DNA of 64,000 bases. Source: the human T2T-CHM13v2.0 reference genome, Homo sapiens. Made by a program: the position numbers and the translations under genes. Below the pieces are notes generated by a model. It saw only the letters and a list, made by a program, of their open reading frames with translations. It made no database searches and was not told the origin of the DNA. Within the stretch, counting starts at the first letter, position 1, and every line of letters begins with the position of its first letter. Shown one piece after another: positions 45,501 to 62,728 of this stretch. The stretch lies in the NCBI RefSeq assembly GCF_009914755.1, contig NC_060926.1. One strand, 5' to 3'.

Positions 45501-48500
45501 TCACAACCCAATAATATGTAATGGCTTGAAGTTTGAAAAAACAAACAAACAAAAAAACACTTATTTGGATGACTAAGACTAACCTCACCCACCTGCCACC
45601 TTATCTTCCAACACATATAAAAAATTAGTAAATTAACTTTCTCAGAGGCAACTTAGTAAGTTCTTCTGTTTTGTGTGGAGGGTGAAATAGCTCCATTTCC
45701 TTTTAAATCCCTATTATGTTCTTTTAAAGCGTAATTGTAAGTCTTTTGGGGAGACAAGGTATGATCTCTTGAAACTCCAGACTATAAAAAGAAAATTCTT
45801 CCTTAGATGATGTTTTATTCATTGGTGTGGTGTCTTGCATTTAATGTATTTTCAAAAACTATTTGTTTAAAATGAGTGTAAATCTTAATAGAAAAATTTT
45901 CAAGGAGACCAAGTGATGCATATAGATAATAAATTAATAACTTTGTAATTTACAATGATTTCACATTCATGTGTCTTAAATCTGCAATTCAAATTATATA
46001 ACATGAAATGCTAAATTGAAACATAAAAATTTGAAACTCTTCAAGAGTCACCATGTACAGTGTACTAGTTATAGATAATTTATCAAAACACATAGTCCCA
46101 AATTATAATGGTTCAAATGCAATGTAATTTTTGCTGATCACCCAGAAAACAGTCCACAGTGAGTTTTCCAGCTGTGGAAAGGGTAATCTGAATCTGTTAC
46201 ATGCATCACTCTGAGGCCCAAGCCCATAATGGGTGTGCTGTCTTCAAGCTTGACTTCCAATGTAATTCTGGTTACCCCTATTCCAGCTCTCTGGAGGGAG
46301 CCAGTGCAGGTTGGAGGATGACAAGTGGGATTTAGCATCAGGAGTGGAAGTGTCACATAAGACCTCCCATTTATTTGTCATTTGTCAGAACTCAGTAACA
46401 TGGTCGCTTAACTGCAAAGAAGGCTGGGATGTATGATCCAGTCTTGTGCCAACAATGAAAAAAGAAAATAGATTTTAATAACAAATAGCAGACTGCCAAA
46501 CATCATTAAGTTCTATTGCAAAAAATCCTTGTTTAGCACTATTAGGTCAATGTTTTCTCATTATATTTGACTAGGAACCCTGGTTTTCTCTCTTGGCACC
46601 TCTTAACACACTATAGAAAACAACACACTTTGGAAAAGATGGTTGTCAGGAAACTATCAAATCTCATAATGAAAATAATCTTACATTTTCCAAGAACAAT
46701 GAGAGAAAGATTGTTTTAACTTCTTCAAAATTGATTAGGACACAGATGCAGAACAAATAAACTATATATTTAACAAATATACAGTTAAATCATTATTAGC
46801 CGAATACCCTTGTAACAGTCACCCAGGTGGCAGAACCTTCCCAGCTACTTGGAAGGAAGAGCTTCACAACTTCCTCCTGATTATAACTTCCTTGCTTCCC
46901 TCAAAAGTAAATTCTGCCCTGATGTCTATGGTAGTCTTTTCCTTACTTCTCCTTACAGGTCTAAAACCAGAGTGGTTCAAACATGATCACTTAGTTCTGT
47001 CTTTAGATATGTCTTTAAATCTCTTTTAACCTAGCTTCTCCTCCCCTTGCTTGTTTTCCACCTTCATAGTAATTTATTGGTGAAGAAACAGGCCACCTGT
47101 CCTATAAACATTTTCAGTCTCTCTTTCGTGAATTGCATCTGCATGGTGAGGTTTAACATGTTCCTTTATCCTTGAATTTCCTGTAAATTGGAAGTTGGAT
47201 ATCAAGGCTTCATTACTCTTTGACAAGACTCCTTCATAGAAAGTGTGCTGTTTACCAGAAAGCACATCATCTTGAGCGATATGAATACAAGTATTTAAAT
47301 CAGGCAAAAGGCTTTGCTTCTAGAGATAACAAAATACGTGAAGGCATAATGTCATAAGGGAAGATTGAACTTTAAGGTAAATGCTGCTTTACAAAAGTGG
47401 TAAGTCATGAAGGGGTTTCTGTACTAGACACTAACTGGTTCTAACTGGATCATCTTCTTCCCTAGCAAATAAACATTAGCTATATAACCTTGATTTTTTA
47501 AAAATAAAACTGGTCCAAAGTTGACTTTTGGTTAGTTATTCACACATCATTTTCCCACTTCTATATGCAGGAAATTGACAATATGTCTTTATATAATTAC
47601 TCTAGTGAAGAGAAGATCCAGAATTGTATTTGAGGAGTCTTGATCTAATAAAGAAATCATCCAGATAGATGTAAACATCCTTTCTCTTCTTTTTTCACTT
47701 ATCCTCACACTCCTCCATCTCTCTTGTGGATAATTCATTATTTTATGGACTTTGTATAAACAGCTAATAGAGAGAAAGAAATAAGGATAAAAACACTAAC
47801 ATTAAACTTTCTATAAATAGCTATTAGAAAGAAATAAGGAGAAACAGTAATCTATCACTTGTTAGCAGCACCAGGAGAATTTTTATAAGATGAAGTGTGA
47901 AAATACTGCCTGAGATGAGGCTGAATCACGTTCATGGATTTCAGTCACCTACACAATCCTCTTTGCCTGTTTCTATGGGAAGAAATTTAGTAGGGGAGTA
48001 AGGTGCAGTGTTGGTTTTCTTTATATTAATATCTAATTATCCGAAACTATATGGTATGAAATGTGGATTACCTCAAGAAGATATTTTAGAACTATACCCA
48101 TCAGACTTATACACATATGGACTGTGAGATCTGAGGAAGAAAATTCTTAAATCTTATCAAATTTCATCCCATCCCCATTCTTCTTTCTCATCTAGGTTTA
48201 GATGCGGAACTAAGGTTTAGAGTATATAAGTGAATTGTTCAAGGTTACATAGTAATTTGATTGATGTGTGTATGTTTTATTTTCTCTTTTACTTGATAGC
48301 TTACACTAAGCAGGTACCTAAGCCTTTACATGTATTCACTTGTTTCAGACATTAATTGATTACTTTATAAGATAGAAATGTAGGAAAGCACTAATCAGGA
48401 GTATCTACCAAGATACTTTCATTTTATTTTATTGACAAATCATTTGTTATTATTCTGCCACATGAAAAGAAGCATTCAAATTAATTGGTAAAATAGTGAT

Positions 48501-50065
48501 AAATTATTGGTAAGCATTTAGCATGGAATTCATGTGCAGATAATTAAGAATAATTGCTTGGTTTCATGGGCCCTTCTTGATTATCCAGAGACAATTTGAT
48601 TCAATTAAGTATAAAATTATAAGTACTGACAGATCCAAATACAAAATCACATGGATAGTGAATGTGTATCAATGGTCCAAACTTTTACAATTAGAAGAAA
48701 AATTTGTGGCATGCTTTTTGCATATTTTAGTGCAATCCAACATAATAATTTTGGTTCATAGTCAAGACTCAGTGTACAGGTTTTGTTCTTTACTACTATA
48801 TCTGAAAGAGGAATAGGAATAAAAAGCAAATAAAATATCCCACTTATAGAAATGGTGATTTGATGATCTTCATCCAGAGACTTTTATTTTTCCCATGACT
48901 TAAGAATCTATGGGCCTCGTTAGATTGAGGGTCTGGGATTGCATGTTGTGAACATGTTTAATGGTATTTGTTGAAAAACTGTGACATATAATTGATATTA
49001 AGACTTTCAGAGAGTGACATGAGAAGTAGAAGCCATGATCCAACATGCCCTAAAGGAATTAGTAAAGAAAGTAAGAGGCAGGGTGATGAAGAAACAGAAT
49101 GGCGATGCAAAGAAAGGTTAGCACCTGAGGATATATGTATGTATATGTGTTTAGAAGCAGTTCTATACAGAATTTCCTAAGCATGAGTGGAAGTTTGCTC
49201 AAAAAGGAAGAGAAGAACATGGTATTGTTAGAAAAAAGACTGACAGGAGTGAGGCTTGATTAGTGTTCTGAAAACGGTGAATAGGATTTGGAGGACAGTG
49301 GAAAGAAGATTGTTCGAGTAGGAGGAGCTTGAAGGCCCACTGTGGGTAGACCAGCTGGATGAAATCTGGCAGGCCGGTTGACCTGGGTCAAGAACATTAT
49401 AGGAACTGAGGCTACAGGAGGACATGTGGAGCCACAGGTATCATGATATTTGCAGGATATCTTTGGAGTTCACATTTTCACATTAATTTTGCCAGAAGGG
49501 CAACAGCATGCAGTTGTCCATGCTCTGTGGACCAAAGGCATTCCCAAATAAGAAGAAGGTTCTAGTGTATTGGCAATGTTGATTTTATAATTCCTTTTCT
49601 ATATCTCTGTGTTCTAGTGTTTAAAAAATGATTTTCTCATGAAAATTTTCTGTGTGATTATTTTTATTGGTCTAGACTATCTGAGGTCACAGGGCAGTTT
49701 CTTCCTTTTTTTAAAAAAAAAAGCATTTAAACATTCAAAATATACGGATCTCTTACATTGTTGCAGACTATTTGAGAGTACAGTGTGAGTTTAAATGATA
49801 GAAATAGTCTCCGTGTGCTTAATTATATACGGGAGATAGAAATGTAGCCTTCAAGGTAACACAGGAAAAACAAAAGAGTTGTCAGGTGGAGAAAAAGAAT
49901 TTATAATCATTCACAGAATGGTTTCATTTTCTAAGTAATATGTTTAACCCTCTAGATAATCTATTCCCTATATTGTTACATATGTGCCTACTTATACCTG
50001 TATATCTTATATAATTTATCAAATAACTTGCCCACAGTCAACTTTTCCTACTCTGATTTTAATAG

Positions 50066-50207
50066 TCATGCGATCCCCACACAATGCAGAGAAGAACTCG
50101 CCACCTGCTAAGACCATCACTGAACTCAAGGACTTGTGCTGAAGACTCACAGGTGCAGCCTTGCCTCCTGAATGAAAATTGCTTCCAGTTCCAGTACAAT
50201 CTAACAG
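50066..50207 (+). CDS. THSD7B: Internal coding exon (142 nt, phase 0 to 1): SCDPHTMQRRTRHLLRPSLNSRTCAEDSQVQPCLLNENCFQFQYNLT
   Basis: ttttaatAG acceptor and CAG|GTACAG donor; TSR R-x-R strand; NLT sequon; found by hand (absent from the ORF track); joins both neighbours in frame. Confidence 0.92.
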
Positions 50208-51544
50208 GTACAGTTAAAATCTATGACCTTGTCGTTCTCCCTGAACATTGACTAATGAGAGAATTTTTGCGTGGGTTTTCATTCTCAAGATTAAGAATGG
50301 AGAGTAGAATGTGTGAGTGTATTGCATAAAAGCCTGAGGACTTCATGTTTCTAGTATCCCCTCACAGAAAGAAATGCCCACTCTTGGCATGTAGAATCAG
50401 CAAGGCCACATAAAATTTCTGTAGTAAGAGAAGCTTAGAAAGATTTGGCAACATTTCAGCAAAATGTTGATTTAAGCCATGATAAACTGAAACAACAAAA
50501 ATAAGTAGCAGAGAATAATTTACCATTGAGAGAAGAATGTAATCATACTGTGATAGAATTTGGCTCTTTTATGCCTTTTATTATTTCAGAAATCTGAGCT
50601 TGTGAGGTACTTTCTGTATGGGTCTGAATAAGAATGAATGCTACGACTGACTGGTCAGGGATGTTTTCGAGGCACACTGGGAGTTAAATCACTCTAGCTG
50701 TTCAGCCGCTGCTCAGTAATTTTCCAGGCACCACAGTGCTCAGTGTCTAAAACCAGAGGACTGGTATAGTTACATTGATCCGCTACTTGCCATTCCCTGC
50801 AGCAGCAGACATTCCATAATGCTACAAAATATGGAACCATGTTAAGTCACAGCATTGAATTCAATACTGACAACCAAACCACCACATGCCTGCAGAGGCA
50901 AAGCAATTGCCTTTTCTGAAAGAAAAAAAAAAATCCTCACCACAGCCATGTTGGCTCTGCTGAGATTCCTCTTGTGGAAAACCTCATAGTGACTTCTGTG
51001 GGGCTGTCTGATTGTCTTCGTGGGTAAAGATGACCTGGTGTATTTGTCCTTTTTCTTTAGAGAAGAGATCTCTGGTTTTTATAGTACTGTTTCAGAAATA
51101 CAATAAAACTTGCTTTATTGGAAGAGCATATCTTTGAAACACTGATTTTACTATACATGGGTTTGCTATTCTATTCCTATTAAACTATTAGATCATCTAC
51201 CAATATGGAAAATTTCTTTAAAGAGTTTTTATATGACCAAGGGTCTTCCTTTCTACTGACACCAAAAATAACAGTTGTTTAAAAATCAAATTAACTTTGG
51301 GATAATTTATTCTAATTCTTCACCATCTAGTTTGTAATATGACTAGCCAAATCTGTAAAACTTTTTCTCATGATAGAATAATCTGAAAAAATATAGTTTC
51401 TGTAACAGTCCATACAGTTTTGTGTGCCCTTCCCTCTTTCTTTCCCGGAGCATCTCTTTTGACTATTCTGTATCAAATGCACTAAATGGTTTAAATGATT
51501 GGATTTAGTATTGAAAATGTTTTCAAGTTTACATAAAAGATTGG

Positions 51545-51907
51545 TGTCTTAGTCTGTCCTGGATGCTATAACAAATTGCTATAGACTAAGTAGCTTATAA
51601 AACACATAAATGTATTTCTTATAGTTCTGGAGGCTGGAAGTCCAAAATCAAGGTGCTACTAGATTCAGTGTCTGGTGAGGAGGGCCTGTATCTCTAGACA
51701 GTGCCTTCTAGCTACATCCTCAGAGGATGGAAGGCGCAAACAAGCTCCCTTAGGCCTCCTTTATAAAGGCACTAATTTCATTCATGAGAGCTCAGCTCCC
51801 ATATTCTAATTACCCCCAAATGTTCTCCCTCAAAATACCATCACCTAGAGGGTTAGGATTTAAATATATGAATTTTGCAGGGGTACACAAACATCTGGAG
51901 CATAGCA
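51545..51907 (-). mobile_element. MaLR MLT1A-type LTR
   Basis: TGTCTTAGTC … CATAGCA; TSD ATTGG/ACTGG. Confidence 0.87.
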
Positions 51908-52282
51908 ACTGGCATCATTTCTGGGTTGTTTTTTCTCCAGTTATCCTCAACAAATAGTTGATTCTAAAGTGATTTTTCTTTACCATCCTGGTTAGTATCT
52001 TTCCTCTTCTACTCCAGCCAGCCATGAGATGGTTTCTAACAAACCATTGGCTCTTTATCTCTGGAAAGCAAATTTAAGTAGGTAACTCACTTTTCTTTGT
52101 GTATTTGTTTTTTGTTCGTTTTGCAATAAGGGCATTGCATGATGATTCCCAAAGCTACCTGGAAATGATTTTAGGATTATGTGTGGATTATTCTCCACCA
52201 AAGCAGATAATCAAAGGTCTGTTGTATTTTGCTCACATGGCCATAATTTTGAAACTCAGTGTGGGTGATCCTATGCCTGTAG

Positions 52283-52398
52283 AGTGGAGCACATGCCAGC
52301 TGAGTGAAAACGCACCCTGTGGTCAAGGCGTCAGGACCCGCCTGCTAAGCTGTGTGTGCAGTGATGGCAAGCCAGTCAGCATGGACCAATGTGAGCAG
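52283..52398 (+). CDS. THSD7B: Internal coding exon (116 nt, phase 1 to 0): (E)WSTCQLSENAPCGQGVRTRLLSCVCSDGKPVSMDQCEQ
   Basis: cctgtAG acceptor and CAG|GTACTG donor; TSR motif WSxC…CGxGxRxR. Confidence 0.93.
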
Positions 52399-54499
52399 GT
52401 ACTGTGTTTATATTCATATCTCACATCCAAGGCTTTGTTTTTCTTAATATTGGTCTGCAGTTCCATGATGTCCAATATAGATAACAGACTGATTTCTTCT
52501 CATCTCAGCTTAGGTTCAGTTAGAGTAAGCGGTGCCAGTATAGTATGGTTATAGCTCACTAGTTTGAATTTAGTCAAAATGACTGGGAAAGGTCATTTTT
52601 GTAGTGGAGAAATGGGTTCATTAAAAAATATATGTTTTTATTACTTATAAAAAGTTATTTACCTGTACTTGTTTGCCAAACTGTTGACCTTGGGCGACTT
52701 TAATATTTAAATGTGATTCTTTTGTATTGGACAGGTGATTCATTTGCATATGTGATAATACTGTCCCTTGCATAGAAGACGAACATGGACACTTGCCATT
52801 ACAGAATCATGTCAGTTTGCTTAAGCAGATAATATTTGGATAAATAGCAGAGATTTTTATTTTCAACCTACATTAAAATGCATCCCTACCAAGTTTCAAA
52901 TTAATGGGTTCTGAATCTTTGTAATTTTATAGCCCTCCTTTTTTTCCCTCTGTTCCAAACTATATGGAGTTCAGACAAAAGCTATAGTCAGACCTTTTCC
53001 AAAGAAGTTGGCATTTTCTTGCCAACATATAAATGAAAAACACTATGGGGGCAGTTTAGTAGAAGTAAAGATACTATCACACTTCAAGAATCACTGAAAC
53101 AGTCTTTGGATAAATTGGAAAAAGGGGACCAGTTAACTCACATTTCCCCAGAAACTTCTTTAACGAACTTGCAGAATGAAAATTGGTGGCATTTCTCTTA
53201 AGAGAGGTGGAATACATCAGTGGGAATTAAAACAAAACAAACCTCTGTCACCTATCCTGACTTTGCTCTGTTTTGTCACAACACGCTCATGCTCTTTAAA
53301 CCAACAGAGTAGCTGCAGACTACGTCACCAGTCCTAAGAACAGAACATCTGAAATGGATCTCCATTTGGTCAAATTCTGAAACTGACTGATACAGGGCAG
53401 AATGCTGTATACCATGATTTATTTTAACATTTATTTTATTTAATCAGCCTCTAAAGAAGTTGTCTGTTTCAGGGAAAAAAAATCATTAATCTACAACTCC
53501 CAATAGGTGAGCATTGTTTATTTAGTGTATGTAATGAGTATTTTCTTTTGATACAAAAAGATATAAACTATTCATTAATAGAAAGTCAGTTTCTCTGATT
53601 TCCAGATACCATATGCCCAATAAATATGTAAAAAATACCAGTTTAAAGCAATCTCAAATTATTAACAAAACTAGAATATCCATATATCTCAGATGGATTA
53701 TAGGTCTCATTATGATAGTATCCATTTTACCCACTTGGCAAGTCATTGTACTATAATCATTAATATTAGCTTGGTAAGGATATTGCTACCATATAACACA
53801 TGTTGAATGTCAAAGTTTTCCTAATAAGCACAGAAATAGTGTGTTATTCCTAGAGCAGAATTTTTTATTATTCCTTCTGTGTTTCTCAGGTGCTTTATTC
53901 TTTCACTAGGATCTCTGCTACCTTGGCCATTAGAAAATTTGTATGGTTTGCCAAGATGCTGGTTTCAGAGAGGACAAGAAAAAAAATAAACGGTATCATC
54001 AACTTGACCCATCGTTACGACCATGATTGTTTTTAGCCCAGGCTTTTTTATACACTTTAGATGGGTTGCTGATTGTATTTTTATCTCCACATTATTTATT
54101 TTCTAGCCTAGCTGGCTTTCTGTGTTGGCCCTCCACGTACTTTTGGCCTATTCAGAAGCACAAAGTGCCTGAAGTTGGCGTTGAAGTGTCTTTCTGGTTC
54201 CTTGCTGATTGAGCAACAGGACAGATCTCTGTGTAATCAGACGCCTCTGCTTTCCTGGCAGCCTAATAGAGTTTAGGATTTTATAAAAAGAAATTTTGGC
54301 TGACAAATTTTTATTTGGTAATTAAAGGACAATCATTTTCTATGATTGTCACCAATTTATATAAGAAAGGATATACTTCCCCACTGAAATATGGAAAGGT
54401 TATTATCACAGAGTAAAGGAAAGTCTTTCCCATGAAAGGACAGTGATTTGACTAAAGAGTGATTTCTCCAATAAAGTTGTGTTTCATTTCCATTTGCAG

Positions 54500-54617
54500 C
54501 ATAATTTGGAGAAGCCCCAGAGAATGAGCATTCCCTGCTTGGTGGAATGCGTGGTCAACTGTCAGCTCTCAGGGTGGACGGCTTGGACAGAGTGTTCACA
54601 GACCTGTGGCCATGGAG
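54500..54617 (+). CDS. THSD7B: Internal coding exon (118 nt, phase 0 to 1): HNLEKPQRMSIPCLVECVVNCQLSGWTAWTECSQTCGHG
   Basis: catttgcAG acceptor and GAG|GTATTG donor; WxxWxxC C-mannosylation and CSQTC O-fucosylation motifs; absent from the ORF track. Confidence 0.93.
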
Positions 54618-56331
54618 GTATTGGTTTCCCCATATTTCCCACTAACTAGTGTAGGTTTCTAAATATCATTCATATGCCATAGCTTGATAAATGGCATAAG
54701 GTATGGGGCCCAGCTGAAGTCAATATGAAACTGACCCACAGGGGAAGAAAAACAGAGCCTGGCCTCATATCAGTCCAGGAGAGTGAGGCAGAGGTTGCAG
54801 AATGGACCAGATAACAGTGGCAGACTCCAGAGAGGCTGATGAAACTGTGGGACAATGTTTATTCAGAAGATCATAAGCTCAACAAATTGAAAAAACATGT
54901 TGGCCTCAGTGGTTTTTGGAAAAAGTAGTATGTAAAGCTGTCTACTATACCACATAAACCCCCAAAGCACACCCTAGGCTGAGCATAATAGATTAGAGGC
55001 TTGCTTTTCACCCACATAAAGAGAGGGCTTTATGCTTCAAAATGTAAATCAAGGACACAAGTTCACAGAGGTTCTGCCACTTTAACAGGACCAAGTTACT
55101 CTGGATGGTGATATCACTTGGCTCTGTGGAGGTTTTATGAACTGGGTTGGAAGCAGCATACATCTCTTACATATATATTAGACAAAATTGCTCTATGTTT
55201 CCAACTCATTGGAAGATGGCAGGGAAGGAAATGTACTTTCTGGGTAGTCAGTCACATCTCAGCAATAATGTTACATTATCACATAATGTTGTAAAGGAAA
55301 GGGAGTATAAATCTTTGGGAAGAAACGGAAATCATTACTACATGATCCCAGAATCCCAGTGGATAAGTAATGCACCATGGCAAGGAATGCAGAAGGCAAT
55401 TGATACTCAGTAGTGAGGCAGGTAAATGAAAACAGAGGTGGCATTCCAGTCATTAGGCTGAAGTAGGGATCAAGACATGGGCCCATGGGAGAGAAAGCAA
55501 CAAGACCATAGCATAAAACAGAGCTGGCTTAGAACAGAACTCTGGTCCTAAAGTAGAGTTGCAATATATCATAAGGTAGATGTCAAAAATTTGGAGTAAG
55601 GACCTAGGGAGAAATCCTGGTACACTGTTAGTACATCTTAGTGCATTTTGTGCTGCTATAATAGAACACCTGAGGCTGGTTAATTTATGAAGAAAATTGG
55701 TTTATTTGGCTCATGATTCTTGTGGCTAGAAGGTTCAAGATTAGGCAGCTGCATCTGGTGAAAGCCTCAGGCTGTGTCAACTAATGGCAGAAAGCAGAGG
55801 AGAGAAGGTGTTCGTAAAGAGATCACATCGTGAAAGAGGAAGCAAGAGAGAGAAACTGAGGAAGCAAGAGAGAAATAACGCTGTGTTGCAGGAATGAATC
55901 TATCCCTGCATGAGTGAGAACTCACTCGCCCCCAGGGAGGGCATTAATCCATTCATGGGGGATCAGCACTTATGACCCACACACCACCCCATAGACCTCA
56001 TCGTCCAAGACCATCACAAAGGGGATCAAATTTTAATCTCAGTTTTGCTGGGAACAAACCAAATCCAAACCATAGCATTCCACAGGTGAATCTAAAAACT
56101 CATGTTCCTCTCACATGCAAAATACAATCATTCCATCCAATAATCCTAAGTCTTAACTTGTTTCAGTAACAACTTAGAAGCCCAAAATCCAGAGTCTCAT
56201 CTGAGACTCAAGGTAAGTTCTTCCAGCTTTGAGCCTGCAAAAACAAAACAAAACAAAACAAAAAACAAGTTATTTGCTTCCAAGATACAGTGGTGGTATA
56301 GACATTTGTAAACATTCCTATTCCAAAATAG

Positions 56332-59376
<3,045 letters not shown>

Positions 59377-60057
59377 TAGAAAAATAGGCCTGAATAAATA
59401 AATGACAGGGCCCAGGAAAGTACAAAACATAGCAGGACAGGCATGAAATGTTAAATTTCTGGAACATATTCATTTGACTTCATGTCCTGGCCATACTGGT
59501 GCAAGAGATGGGCTCCCAAGGCCTTGGGCAACCCCACCTCTATGGCTTTGCTGAGTGCAGCTCATGTGGCTGCTCTCACCAGTTGGGAGTTGAATGCCTA
59601 TGGCTTTTTCAGGTGGGCATTGCACACTGCCAATGGCTCTACAGTCTGGGGTTCCCAAGGCAGCCCTGCTTCCAGGGATCTACTAGGCTTTGCCACGGTG
59701 GAAACTCTGTGGCAGCTCCACTCCTGTGGCATATTTCTGTCTGAGTCCCAAGCTTTCTGACACATCCTCTGAAAGCTAGGTGAAAGCCAACATACCTTCA
59801 TTGTTCTCCCATTACAAAATTAGTAATATGGATGTGGATGCCCCTAAAGCTTATAGCTTAGACTCTCCAGAGTGACAGCATGGTTACATCTAGGGCAGAT
59901 TGAGCCATGGCTGCTCCAGCAGGAATCACTGGGATGTGGGTAGCAGATCTCTGAGGCAACACAGGGCAGTGGTGCTCCAGTCATGTCCCCTGAAACCATT
60001 CTTTCCTTCTAGACTTCTGGGCCTCTGATAGGAAGTGTTGGCTGTGAAGATCTTTAA

Positions 60058-60379
<322 letters not shown>

Positions 60380-62668
60380 AAAATGCCTTCAGGGCTTTTT
60401 TTCCATTGTTCTCACCATTACCACCTGGCTCTCTTTTAGCCATGCTACTCTTTTTAGCAAAGGGTCTCTTGGCAGTATTCTTATATTCCTTTCCTGAAGA
60501 TACTGTTTCATTCTCTACCAAATGGCCATGCTAAAAATTTTCCAAATCTTTCCACTCAGCTTCCCTTTTCTCTAGCTGTTTACCATAAGCAGTTAGAAGC
60601 AGCAGCAGCCTGAGCTTTGCTGCTTAGAAATTTTGTCCACCAGGTATGCTATTCTTTTAAGTTCTATATTCCACAAAGCTGTAGGGGCATGGCCACAATG
60701 CAACCAAGTTGCTTGCTATGGTGTAACAAGGATAGTGTTTTATCCAGTTCCCAGTAAGTTTCTTATTTCCAACAATTCACTCCTGAGTACCAATTTTCTG
60801 TGTTAGTCCATTTTGAATTGCTATAACAGAATACCTAAGACTGTGTAATTTATAAAGACAAGAGGTTTATTTGACTAATGATTCTGGTGCCTGGAAAGTT
60901 CAAGATTGGGCAGCTGCATCTGGTGGGGGTCTCAGGCTGCTTCAACTCATGACAGAAAGCGGAAGGGGAGCAGGCATGTGCAAAACAGTCACATGGTGAG
61001 AAAGAGAACAAGAGCAAGAAGCCAAGAAAGCCACACACTTTTTAACAACCCTGTCTTGCAAGAGCTAATCCATTCCTGCAAGAGTGAGAACTCACTCTCC
61101 CCCAAGGGAGGGCATTAATTTATTAACGAGGAATCCTCACCTATGACCCAAATACCTCCCACTAGTCCTTACCTCCCAACCCCACTGCAAAGGAGATCAA
61201 ATGTTGACATGCCTTTTGGTGGGCACAAACCACATCCAAACCATAGCAGGCAAATTAAACAGGGGAGGAGATGGGAAGAACTGCAGTTTGGAGAAATCAT
61301 CATTGGGAAGGGAGGATGGGATACCAGGACCTGGATCTGATTGTCAACCAAAGAGATTTGAAAGCAGTTTTCTAGAAGTCCTGATATTGGACCACTGGCA
61401 ATAAGTTATGGACTCATCTATAAGCTACTCACAAATGTATGTGCTGATGTTGTTGATAATTATCTTCTTTAGTTGGGATTGTGTGAGAAACCAGGCATGA
61501 CTCACAATTAAAAAGGTGCTCATCTGTGAACTCAACTGTAAGGTCCTAGAGAGGGCAGAGCCAAAAACTGTAGCCAGGGTACATATTAGGAAAATGTGAC
61601 TAAGAAAAATTGACAACTACTTCCACAAAGAATGTCACTCATAATGAAAACATGGGAATTGCAATGTCCAACAATAATATGTAATTTCTTGCACAAATGA
61701 GAGCAAAGAGCCTGTAGAAATGAAATGGCAGGTCTTAGGACCAAGATTTCAGTGATTAACCAATAGTTTGTCAATTGTTTTAAGAGGCAGTCAGGCATGG
61801 TTTCCACTGGGGCATCCACTTTAAAGTTGTGTAAATCTAACTTCAAATGTAGCTGTTTAAGCAATTAGCTGAATCTTTCTGAATGTCCAAATTCTTTATC
61901 TATAAATTGGAATTTTGCACATGTTAGCGGTTTAGTTTTTGTTTTGAGAATTAAATGAAATTAAGTATTTGAAGACACCTGGCATAGTAACAGACACATC
62001 ATGAGTGTTTAGTATATGTGAATTTTCTCCTCCACGTTCCTCTACCTGTCTGTAGAAGAGAGGGTTATTGGAGACTCCGTAGGATCTTTTAAAAATTATT
62101 CCATAGATGCAGTCACCCTAATCTCCCAATTTTATATCTCATCCTTTTACTCCTCTCCAAATTCTACACACTATACTCATAGCCTATATGATGTTCTAAA
62201 AATGAATATCTGATCAAGTGTTTTTATATTGACATATAAGTCATTCATCTATTTTTTAATCCATAAACAAATACATACATGTCAGTTATAGTCTTATGTA
62301 CTTAGAATTCAGCACTGGGGGAAAAAAGGCAATTTCCCTATTTTTATGGAGCTTAAAATCTAGTTTAGGGACAACAGAGAGTAAACTAACAAGTAATAAT
62401 GCCCATTGATGAATCCACAAAAGACATACAAATGAGAGGTGTTATTTGCGTCAGTGATGTCTTTCATTGAAACAGTTGGTTGCGCCTCTGTCCAGAAAAG
62501 ACCCACTCTGGATATCCCACTGCCATAAGCACTACAGTGTTGTCCTCAAGGGCCACTGCTGGGATGTTTGTTTCTCTCAGTAATAAAGGAGAGCGTGGAA
62601 AAGGCAAGAAAGAATAAAGTCCTGTATTGTGAACATGGCCCACAGGAATCTTCAGGATCTCACCTGTG

Positions 62669-62728
62669 CTGCCCCACTGTCTCCATCACCTTGTACTGCC
62701 CCACTGTCTCCATCACCTTGTACTGCCC
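62669..62728. repeat. 27 bp perfect tandem repeat, ~2.2 copies
   Basis: ctgccccactgtctccatcaccttgta twice, followed by ctgccc. Confidence 0.92.

Noticed and set aside
46935-46965. Polypyrimidine-AG|GT sites resembling recursive splice sites (46957-60; also 53888-91)
   Set aside because: Reconstituted donors GTCTAA and GTGCTT are weak; the first is in probable old L1 sequence and the second is in an intron of only 2.1 kb.
52099-52554. 151 aa ORF with a hydrophobic tail extending the 52283 exon into both introns
   Set aside because: Only 52283-52398 is TSR-like and bounded by splice sites; hydrophobic read-through is expected from T-rich intron.
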